Shown: piece by piece, positions 57,335 through 64,000 of the stretch
Layout of the letters: each line of letters opens with the position of its first letter
Position numbering within the stretch: position 1 is the stretch's first letter
Source of the DNA: a virus
IMG/VR virus record: IMGVR_UViG_3300037148_000025
Location: 25,415-89,414 of that record
DNA length: 64,000 nucleotides
Reading direction: 5' to 3' (one strand)
Notes under the pieces: generated by a model
What the model was told of the DNA's origin: nothing
Databases searched by the model: none
Seen by the model: the letters and a program-made list of their open reading frames with translations, nothing else
Position numbers and translations under genes: made by a program

Positions 57335-57852
57335 ACAACTGCTCCCGCAAATGCTTTGCTGGCACTTTCGTCAGATTCTTGCAGATACGCTCCTGTGCTG
57401 CCAATGTTCTTATGTCCCAGATACTGCCTTACTCTCTGAATGCCTATCTTGTCGATAGCAACCATCGCACAGGCATGTTTAAGAGCATGGGGGTGTAGTT
57501 TGTGCTTCGGAATCCCGGCACGCTGTCCGGCTCTTTGAAACATATTGTACACCCCAAATCTGGTGATTTTGAACAAACGCTCTTTAGACCCAAGAGTACC
57601 AAGAAGTTTGGTTAGACCTTCATACTCATCTAAATCAGGATCAGGGTGCTTAACGAACGGCTGGATAGTTTTAAGAGAACCTTTCAATCGTTGTACTCTC
57701 ACATAACCATCACGAATATCTTCTCCAGTAAGGTTTATTAGCTCCGACACTCTTAGCCCGTGGAGAAAACCCATTTTGATAAGCAACTTCCAGCGTTCGT
57801 TAGGAACCTCATGGATGAGCGCCTTGATCTCGATTGGAGTTAGTGCCTGCAT
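57331..57852 (-). CDS. Minimal tyrosine recombinase (catalytic domain only, FimB/XerC-like)
   Basis: HGLRVSEL, RLKG, HPHALKH, LGH..I.ST..Y. Confidence 0.9.
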   Translation of the reverse strand: MQALTPIEIKALIHEVPNERWKLLIKMGFLHGLRVSELINLTGEDIRDGYVRVQRLKGSLKTIQPFVKHPDPDLDEYEGLTKLLGTLGSKERLFKITRFGVYNMFQRAGQRAGIPKHKLHPHALKHACAMVAIDKIGIQRVRQYLGHKNIGSTGAYLQESDESASKAFAGAVV

Positions 57853-57878
57853 ATTACCCTTTCTTGTTACTGGTTCGG

Positions 57879-58097
57879 TTAGTTGTTAATAGCGTTTGAA
57901 CCGCTTTTGAAAATAAACCCACACAAAATGTTAAGCCAAAGAGCCTTCCAAAACGTCAAAGCAGGAATTCCAAACAGGTAAATCAGCACAGATTGTGTAA
58001 ACAGATAATTGACAATTAGCATGACCGGAAGTGCAAGGATTATTGCAACTACAACCACAAATGCCAACAACAAAATCGCGCCTAACAAAATCTTCAT
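57879..58097 (-). CDS. Small membrane protein
   Basis: Hydrophobic 72 aa, AGGAG RBS. Confidence 0.7.
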   Translation of the reverse strand: MKILLGAILLLAFVVVVAIILALPVMLIVNYLFTQSVLIYLFGIPALTFWKALWLNILCGFIFKSGSNAINN

Positions 58098-58149
58098 CGG
58101 TTCTCCTTTCTTGGTAAAGTTTTATGGATATGTATTTTCACACGTCCTT

Positions 58150-58686
58150 TTATCCGGGGAAAGATTCCACTGTAACACGAACAGTGCGTCCCTCAGAGCG
58201 GTTATTTTCTGCTCTCTTCTCCTGCTCAAGCAGTTCATTGACGTGTGCAATCTCTGCAAGAACAGTATCACGAAAATCTCCGTTGCACGCCTGTGTTGCC
58301 GAAACCCAATCTTCCCCAACTGTAGAAGGTGCGTCCAACCATTCTGACAAAGGAATATAGGCCAATTTTACATGTGGGAACTTATAACCAATGTTGAGAA
58401 TGTTTTTACGGACAAGTAATACCGAATTTTTATTTCCAGTATCAATGTTCTTGTCAGTAATAAATAGAAAGTTAGTCTCTGGCTTAGCTTCAGAAATTAC
58501 ACGAGGAAAGTAGTTATCCTCATCCGTAGTGCTGAAACCATAGGTGTTATCAGGGTTAGGATTATCTGAATGGATTGAAAATGTAGATACATCTCCCGGC
58601 CATTCTGCTTCACTAGTGAAAAAATCTGCTTCTTCTTCTTCTGTCATTTGTGCCTTCGCAAATCTTCCTTGTGCATCTCGTGTCAT
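58150..58686 (-). CDS. Hypothetical protein
   Basis: AAGGAG RBS and N-terminal RD..GRF motif. Confidence 0.65.
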   Translation of the reverse strand: MTRDAQGRFAKAQMTEEEEADFFTSEAEWPGDVSTFSIHSDNPNPDNTYGFSTTDEDNYFPRVISEAKPETNFLFITDKNIDTGNKNSVLLVRKNILNIGYKFPHVKLAYIPLSEWLDAPSTVGEDWVSATQACNGDFRDTVLAEIAHVNELLEQEKRAENNRSEGRTVRVTVESFPG

Positions 58687-58740
58687 ATTTTCTCCTTCTC
58701 CTTTTCTCAGTAATACTTTAGTACCAAATGCTTTTTCTAC

Positions 58741-58826
58741 TCTGCCATACTGCTCTAGTCCAGTAACCGAAAAGTTACTAGCGGTTATTCCCTGACGGGT
58801 CTGGCGAACTAAAACAGTATGGCAGA
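58741..58826 (-). ncRNA. Putative structured RNA (long stem with three-way junction)
   Basis: UCUGCCAUACUG/CAGUAUGGCAGA, extended by UUUUAGU/ACUAGAG wobble pairs that only work on the - strand. Confidence 0.55.
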
Positions 58827-58832
58827 TTTCTA

Positions 58833-59219
58833 TTAAACCTTACGCCACACCCTAACACCCTGAGTGGAGCCATCGGTGTTTTCATTGCGAAGCGTAACCT
58901 TAAACCCATTCCGATAGGCATAGGTTCTAATTGAAGCGGTGACATTCTTGAACTTATCGGGAGACGCGGGAACCAAGAATGAATCTTTGGAACCTGCTAC
59001 CAGAACATTGATAGGATAACTCAGCTTGGACCCACGGCCCGTGCGCTTAGGAATATCCACGCTGGCGAAGATAAACTCTTCACCGGTTGGTGATGCGCTC
59101 GTTGTTGGAGTTGCTGTAAATGTTTCAGGGACAACTTCTTCCCCCGGCACTTCGGGAGTAGGCTGTTCCTTAATGACTACATCTGAATCGCTGAATGCCT
59201 TCATTGTCTTTTTGCTCAT
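58833..59219 (-). CDS. Small putative DNA-binding protein
   Basis: IP.R.GRG..YP...L..G.DSF.VP...GVRVWR. Confidence 0.65.
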   Translation of the reverse strand: MSKKTMKAFSDSDVVIKEQPTPEVPGEEVVPETFTATPTTSASPTGEEFIFASVDIPKRTGRGSKLSYPINVLVAGSKDSFLVPASPDKFKNVTASIRTYAYRNGFKVTLRNENTDGSTQGVRVWRKV

Positions 59220-59274
59220 AAATCTTTACACCCTTTCTGTGCCTATCCCCTAAGCACCCTTCTGATTCTAGTAC

Positions 59275-59303
59275 AGTATACCACGTTTGTCCTGCATTGT
59301 CAA
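59275..59303 (-). promoter_or_regulatory. Sigma70-type early promoter
   Basis: TTGACA-N17-TATACT(GTAC). Confidence 0.8.
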
Positions 59304-59590
59304 GTCTTTTTTCGATTATATCCAGAAAGTTGTTCTGCCAACTCACGATCAAGAAGTACATACAGCTTGGGGCGCGGGTCGCTAGAATCAGTGAAATACT
59401 TAAACTCTTCCTCATCATAACAGAATGCAGCAGCTTCAAACATTCCGTTGTCAACTACTACAATAAGTGCCTTGCCTTCTGGTATATCGCTGTAGGCTCT
59501 TGGTGAATATTTTAGGACAATTCCATCCCATTCAGCGGCAATCGTTGCCGCTTTGCCAAAATTTCCTTTTGTCTCAATATAGTATCCCAT
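59300..59590 (-). CDS. Conserved phage hypothetical protein
   Basis: MGYYIET...VVDNG.FEAA..CYD..E...F...D.RP. AGGAG RBS. Confidence 0.7.
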   Translation of the reverse strand: MGYYIETKGNFGKAATIAAEWDGIVLKYSPRAYSDIPEGKALIVVVDNGMFEAAAFCYDEEEFKYFTDSSDPRPKLYVLLDRELAEQLSGYNRKKT

Positions 59591-59629
59591 AGATTTTCTC
59601 CTTTCCGTTTGTTTCCTTGCCATTGACTA

Positions 59630-60583
59630 CTACAGCTTCCAACCATACAGGCTACCGCCAACCTTCAAACCATTCGGGAGTTCCTTGAGGCCCGTGCAAC
59701 CGTAGAGAGACAGGTAACCGCCAACCTTCAAACCATTCGGGAGTGCCTTGAGGCCCGTGCAACTGTCGAGACACAGGCTACCGCCAACCTTAAAACCATC
59801 CGGGAGTGCCTTGAGGCCCGTGCAACCGAAGAGAGACAGGATACCGCCAACCTTCAAACCATCCGGGAGTTCCTTGAGGCCCGTGCAACCGTAGAGAGAC
59901 AGGTGACCGCTAACCTTCAAACCATCCGGGAATGCCTTGAGGCCCGTGCAACCGAAGAGAGACAGGTCACCGCTAACCTTCAAACCATCCGGGAGTGCCT
60001 TGAGGCCCGTGCAACCGCAGAGAGACAGTTTACCGCCAACCTTCAAACCATCCGGGAGTTCCTTGAGGCCCGTGCAACCGTTTAGATACAGGTCACCGCC
60101 AACCTTCAAACCATCCGGGAGTGCCTTGAGGCCCGTGCAACCGTCGAGAAACAGGTAACCGCCAACCTTCAAACCATCCGGGAGTGCCTTGAGGCCCGTG
60201 CAACCGTCGAGAAACAGGTAACCGCCAACCTTCAAACCATCCGGGAGTGCCTTGAGGCCCGTGCAATCGTAGAGAGACAGGTCACCGCCAACCTTCAAAC
60301 CCCTTTTGAACCGTTCCTGTAACGCCTCTCTAGTACGGGTTTCGCACGTTACCGCATCAAACCAACCCGGCATTATATCCTGATCGACTTTGTATTGCCA
60401 AGACGCAAAGTCCATCAAATCGGTTACGTTTTTTGTAGGCGATACTTCCACTCGAAGAACATTGGGACCGGCTACACCGTCTGCGTGAAGTGAATTCTCA
60501 CTGATGATGTCCTCGTGAGAATCACTCTCGTCGCACCAAAAAATCGAATCTTTCGTTAGTACAAAGCTTGCGAAGTTGCACAT
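59630..60583 (-). CDS. Leucine-rich-repeat protein A (10 x 21-aa LRR)
   Basis: About 96-aa N-domain followed by xLxLxGCTGLKxLPxGLKVGG repeats. Confidence 0.92.
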   Translation of the reverse strand: MCNFASFVLTKDSIFWCDESDSHEDIISENSLHADGVAGPNVLRVEVSPTKNVTDLMDFASWQYKVDQDIMPGWFDAVTCETRTREALQERFKRGLKVGGDLSLYDCTGLKALPDGLKVGGYLFLDGCTGLKALPDGLKVGGYLFLDGCTGLKALPDGLKVGGDLYLNGCTGLKELPDGLKVGGKLSLCGCTGLKALPDGLKVSGDLSLFGCTGLKAFPDGLKVSGHLSLYGCTGLKELPDGLKVGGILSLFGCTGLKALPDGFKVGGSLCLDSCTGLKALPNGLKVGGYLSLYGCTGLKELPNGLKVGGSLYGWKL

Positions 60584-60602
60584 TGTTTTTCTCCTCTCAA
60601 TT

Positions 60603-60631
60603 ACTCTACCAAATCTTTGTTAGTTTGTCAA
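60603..60631 (-). promoter_or_regulatory. Sigma70-type promoter of LRR-A
   Basis: TTGACA-N17-TAGAGT with TG. Confidence 0.65.
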
Positions 60632-60716
60632 GTAAAAAATGAAAAATAACTCAATCTCTCGGCCCTTGTAGAATGCCTTGTAGCCATAGGTGTGTCCCTG
60701 ATTAGTTACCAGTATC

Positions 60717-60935
60717 TCAGTCATGGCGCTCTCCAAATGACTTGATCTCATACTCCCGGCAATAGCATACTCCGTCTTCTACAGCAGCCGGATCATTAGT
60801 AAAGACAGTGTAGATTGCTTTGTTAGCTGAGTCATAACGAACGCTCTTGATAGTTCCCAGTACATCGATACTAAAAATGATTACTCGATCACCGGGCAAA
60901 AACGTTGTTGACTTGTCCACTAATGTTTGTGTCAT
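60717..60935 (-). CDS. Small SH3-like hypothetical protein
   Basis: F.PGDRV...G.I..V pattern. Confidence 0.55.
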   Translation of the reverse strand: MTQTLVDKSTTFLPGDRVIIFSIDVLGTIKSVRYDSANKAIYTVFTNDPAAVEDGVCYCREYEIKSFGERHD

Positions 60936-61264
60936 TACTCTACCTCCACATATTCATCGCACAGTGTGAGTACCGCATCATAGCCCCTAGACTGTGCAGC
61001 CTTGTGCATGAACTCTTTGGCCCGTGAAGGTAAACCGGCTTGCTTAAGCGTACGGTTTACACGAGCAATGATAGAGAACACGTTGCCATCTTCGCCCACT
61101 AGCTTACAGGGCGGTTTCTCCCCGGCAATGCGCCTTCTTGCTAACTCTTTCCCAAGAACTTCTATGGCCCGTGTGTCTTCTCGGTCCATAGCATTCGCGT
61201 ATTCTCCAGACAGACGGTCCTCAGACCATGTGTCTATGTAAATGTAATAGCTCAAATCCGTCAT
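60935..61264 (-). CDS. Conserved phage hypothetical protein
   Basis: KP..KLVGEDGNVFSII.RV...L..AG motif. Confidence 0.75.
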   Translation of the reverse strand: MTDLSYYIYIDTWSEDRLSGEYANAMDREDTRAIEVLGKELARRRIAGEKPPCKLVGEDGNVFSIIARVNRTLKQAGLPSRAKEFMHKAAQSRGYDAVLTLCDEYVEVE

Positions 61265-61309
61265 TCTCTGCCTCTTTCAAGTACCAAAACGGTTATAGAG
61301 ATTGTTTTA

Positions 61310-61495
61310 CTACGTTGCTGGATATTTCGGCGCTTCGATTGCTTCCAAGTCGGCCAAATATGCCTTAGCACTGGCAATGCGATTGGAAAGTTTAAGACGC
61401 TTGGTGTAGTTTGTTTCGGTTGATAGTGTATTGGTGTCCCGTGCGATTTCTGCACGGAAAAAGTCGGGCGTGTATGCCGGTAATCCAATGTTCAT
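61310..61495 (-). CDS. Hypothetical protein
   Basis: GAGGA RBS. Confidence 0.5.
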   Translation of the reverse strand: MNIGLPAYTPDFFRAEIARDTNTLSTETNYTKRLKLSNRIASAKAYLADLEAIEAPKYPAT

Positions 61496-61551
61496 TTTGT
61501 CCTCTCAGTTCTTGGTAAAATGTTGTGGAGACTTTCAGTCTCGTTGCTGCG

Positions 61552-61800
61552 TTAGATGAAAAGAGTGTCAGCGTGGAAGTGAAGGATTAAAATTGATTCT
61601 TGCTTGTTTGCAACCTTGACCTCTTGTGCAATTGTCTCAACTACTTCGGGACCAACGTTCACAAGGTCGATTGCAAGGCTGTCTTCCCACTCTCCCTTGT
61701 ACATTCCGGAACCATACGTCAAGGTTGCTCCCATAACGTGACGTGCAAGAATAGCTTCAATCGAATCACGGTTTACATCTTCGGTTAGAATTCTGTACAT
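61552..61800 (-). CDS. Hypothetical protein
   Basis: G.T...G.G.YKG..E.S...IA..VK..NKQESIL motif. GGAG RBS. Confidence 0.65.
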   Translation of the reverse strand: MYRILTEDVNRDSIEAILARHVMGATLTYGSGMYKGEWEDSLAIDLVNVGPEVVETIAQEVKVANKQESILILHFHADTLFI

Positions 61801-61825
61801 CTTTTCTCCAATCAGAAAGCTTACT

Positions 61826-61930
61826 TGCTCTCCCATAGCCGCTCCTAGATGTGTTTAAGTAACGCTGCATTGGAATTCAATCCGTCTTTAGGCGTCACCG
61901 CATTACCATTAGAGCGGCTATGGCAGAGCA
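61826..61930 (-). ncRNA. Putative structured RNA (long stem enclosing a multibranch domain)
   Basis: UGCUCUGCCAUAGCCGCUC/GAGCGGCUAUGGGAGAGCA (18 of 19 paired), with inner GUAAUGC/GCGUUAC. Confidence 0.55.
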
Positions 61931-61966
61931 CGTGTGTCTTACTCTGCCAGTTGTCTTACTTCTCCG

Positions 61967-62218
61967 TTAGGTTACAAAGAACCGTGTAGGCTTAGTTTCA
62001 GACTTTTCAGCCGTCTTCGCTTCGGCCTGTTCGATGTTATACTCGGCCTGTGCCATCTGGTCAAGTACCTCAGCGTTTGCGGACAATGCTTCTTTAGCAT
62101 CTTCCAGAGAATTCGTGTATATGCCAGCTTCTAGCATGTCCTCTTCTAGCTTAGTGACTGCCAGAAGTGTAATCTGTGCGAGTATTGCTAGCATCCCCAG
62201 TTGTCCAGAACGTTTCAT
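61967..62218 (-). CDS. Hypothetical protein
   Basis: AAGGAG RBS. Confidence 0.6.
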   Translation of the reverse strand: MKRSGQLGMLAILAQITLLAVTKLEEDMLEAGIYTNSLEDAKEALSANAEVLDQMAQAEYNIEQAEAKTAEKSETKPTRFFVT

Positions 62219-62295
62219 GATCTCTCCTTTTCGGTTTGTACTGCGTTAACTTTTCCTTACATTCAAAGTGTCTCACACTTTGTAAAACTTGTCAA

Positions 62296-63069
62296 GTTTG
62301 TTTCCTTGCCATTGACTACTACCTCTTCCAACCATACAGGTTACCGCCAACCTTCAAACCCTTCGGGAGTGCCTTGAGGCCCGTGCAACCGTTGAGAGAC
62401 AGGCCACCGCTAACCTTCAAACCATCCGGGAGTGCCTTGAGGCCCGTGCAACCGTCGAGAAGCAGGTCACCGCCAACCTTCAAATCATCCGGGAGTGTCT
62501 TGAGGCCCGTGCAACCGTCGAGAGACAGGCTACCGCCAACCTTCAAAACATCCGGGAGTGTCTTGAGGCCCGTGCAACCGTCGAGACACAGGTAACCGCC
62601 AACCTTCAAACCATCCGGGAGTGCCTTGAGGCCCGTGCAACCGTCGAGATACAGGTAACCGCCAACCTTCAAACCATTCGGGAGTTCCTTGAGGCCCGTG
62701 CAACCGTTTAGATACAGGCTACCGCCAACCTTCAAACCCCTTTTGAACCGTTCCTGTAACGCCTCTCTAGTACGGGTTTCGCACGTTACCGCATCAAACC
62801 AACCCGGCATTATATCCTGATCGACTTTGTATTGCCAAGACGCAAAGTCCATCAAATCGGTTACGTTTTTTGTAGGCGATACTTCCACTCGAAGAACATT
62901 GGGACCGGCTACACCGTCTGCGTGAAGTGAATTCTCACTGATGATGTCCTCGTGAGAATCACTCTCGTCGCACCAAAAAATCGAATCTTTCGTTAGTACA
63001 AAGCTTGCGAAGTTGCACATTGTTTTTCTCCTCTCAATTACTCTACCAAATCTTTGTTAGTTTGTCAAG
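62296..63069 (-). repeat. LRR cassette copy B
   Basis: Direct repeat of 59607..60632, bounded on both sides by CTTGACA. Confidence 0.92.
62319..63020 (-). CDS. Leucine-rich-repeat protein B (6 x 21-aa LRR)
   Basis: N-domain identical to LRR-A, with a different repeat number and variable residues. Confidence 0.92.
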   Translation of the reverse strand: MCNFASFVLTKDSIFWCDESDSHEDIISENSLHADGVAGPNVLRVEVSPTKNVTDLMDFASWQYKVDQDIMPGWFDAVTCETRTREALQERFKRGLKVGGSLYLNGCTGLKELPNGLKVGGYLYLDGCTGLKALPDGLKVGGYLCLDGCTGLKTLPDVLKVGGSLSLDGCTGLKTLPDDLKVGGDLLLDGCTGLKALPDGLKVSGGLSLNGCTGLKALPKGLKVGGNLYGWKR

Positions 63070-63080
63070 CACTTTTTTGA

Positions 63081-63584
63081 TTATTCTTCAACAATTTTTT
63101 CGTCGTCGAATTCATCAAGTGGGCCATTATACAGAATTGCGTTTGAAGCGTCCGGGGCGTTGTCATAATTTTGTGCCTCGATTTTAAGAAAGAGTGTCCC
63201 TGCGCTCATGTAAAGACGGTAGATATATTCTTGTCCAGCATCTTTTGTCCGTGGAGAATAAAGGTAAATGCCGTTCAAACCGTCTTTAAGACCTTTTACA
63301 AGAGTTGCTGCCAAACAATTGATACCATTAGCAACCCGTTTTGTCTCGAAGGGGTGATCTGGATGATTCGGTTTATCATTCAAAAGATGTGCGTAAGATT
63401 CTCGCCCACATTTTGCACAGACCGCATCGTCGCCGGAAAAACCGTTTGTAATCTTGTAACCTTTGAGCAGGTTAAACAAATCCCTGCCCATACCGGAAGG
63501 GTAGCCATCAAACTGTCTGTACAAACACAGAAAAGGTGCGGCTTTCTCAGTTTCACTTACATAAACTAGACTACGTGTTCCCAT
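63081..63584 (-). CDS. Conserved phage hypothetical protein
   Basis: MGTRS...YRQFDGYP.G.G..L...EY.Y motif. Confidence 0.75.
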   Translation of the reverse strand: MGTRSLVYVSETEKAAPFLCLYRQFDGYPSGMGRDLFNLLKGYKITNGFSGDDAVCAKCGRESYAHLLNDKPNHPDHPFETKRVANGINCLAATLVKGLKDGLNGIYLYSPRTKDAGQEYIYRLYMSAGTLFLKIEAQNYDNAPDASNAILYNGPLDEFDDEKIVEE

Positions 63585-63625
63585 GATTTTTCTCCTCTGT
63601 TGGATTAATTTTTCCTTACATTGTT

Positions 63626-63653
63626 AGAGTAGCACGGTTATAGAATCTGTCAA
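63626..63653 (-). promoter_or_regulatory. Sigma70-type early promoter
   Basis: TTGACA-N16-TACTCT. Confidence 0.5.
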
Positions 63654-63862
63654 GCACTATTTTCAATTTCCCTCTTTGTGGAAATGTGTAAAACTTTTAA
63701 TCTTCTAAAACTGTATCTTACAAGTACCAAGACAATTCTCTATAAACTATTACTGACACTTTGAAACCATTAAGTACCAAGAGAGTTGCTTATAGGAAGT
63801 TACTGATCTTGAGAGTATACCGGTGCGGCTCCGTATGGGGTTGATCTGAGGGTGTATCTATG

Positions 63863-64000
63863 CCGGACGCGCTACAGGCTAACGTCGTGCCTTGCCCATG
63901 ATGGTTTACCACCATCCACGGTCCCGGACGCGCTACAGGCTAACGTCGTGCCTTGCCCATGATGGTTTACCACCATCCACGGTCCCGGACGCGCTACAGG
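63863..64000. repeat. Perfect 61-bp tandem repeat (at least 2.3 copies, truncated by window)
   Basis: CCGGACGCGCTACAGG... starts at 63863, 63924 and 63985. Confidence 0.95.

Larger units (their letters stand above)
59607..60632 (-). repeat. LRR cassette copy A (promoter, RBS, gene, 3' tail)
   Basis: Nucleotide-identical to 62296..63069 outside the repeat array, apart from the final sense codon. Confidence 0.92.

Noticed and set aside
58790-58815. Hammerhead ribozyme (CTGACG...GAA on + strand)
   Set aside because: Lacks the exact CUGANGA/GAAA core, and wobble pairs favour the - strand fold.
59630-63020. Canonical DGR (template repeat/variable repeat pair)
   Set aside because: No reverse transcriptase in the window. 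Both copies are intact promoter-bearing genes, and neither is an all-adenine template.
63863-64000. CRISPR array
   Set aside because: Units are fully identical with no unique spacers, and no cas operon is present.

Overview
A 64-kb segment of a tailed dsDNA bacteriophage, probably podovirus-like: it has ejection proteins and no tape-measure or sheath gene. The PEP-CTERM gene implies an exosortase-bearing diderm host, for example Acidobacteria. The + strand (1-37.6 kb) carries the portal C-terminus, scaffold, a major capsid gene split by two group I introns, adaptor/nozzle/fibre genes, three ejection proteins, cell-wall and nucleotide genes, four tRNA(-like) genes and a class II ribonucleotide reductase. 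The - strand (37.6-63.6 kb) carries envelope genes, RecA, endonuclease VII, a primase-helicase, two RNA ligases, an SF2 helicase, an exonuclease, a small tyrosine recombinase and an early region of small genes behind repeated sigma70 promoters. Four observations stand out. (1) Both capsid introns appear to end in A rather than the near-universal omega-G, and one has a double LAGLIDADG ORF running through its catalytic core. (2) A duplicated promoter-to-promoter LRR cassette has 63-bp repeats that are synonymously almost invariant but hypervariable at the three solvent-exposed beta-strand codons. (3) Two intergenic structured RNAs share a UCUGCCAUA stem. (4) Two tRNAs have C33 anticodon loops. 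All calls come from reading the sequence by eye; no searches were run.
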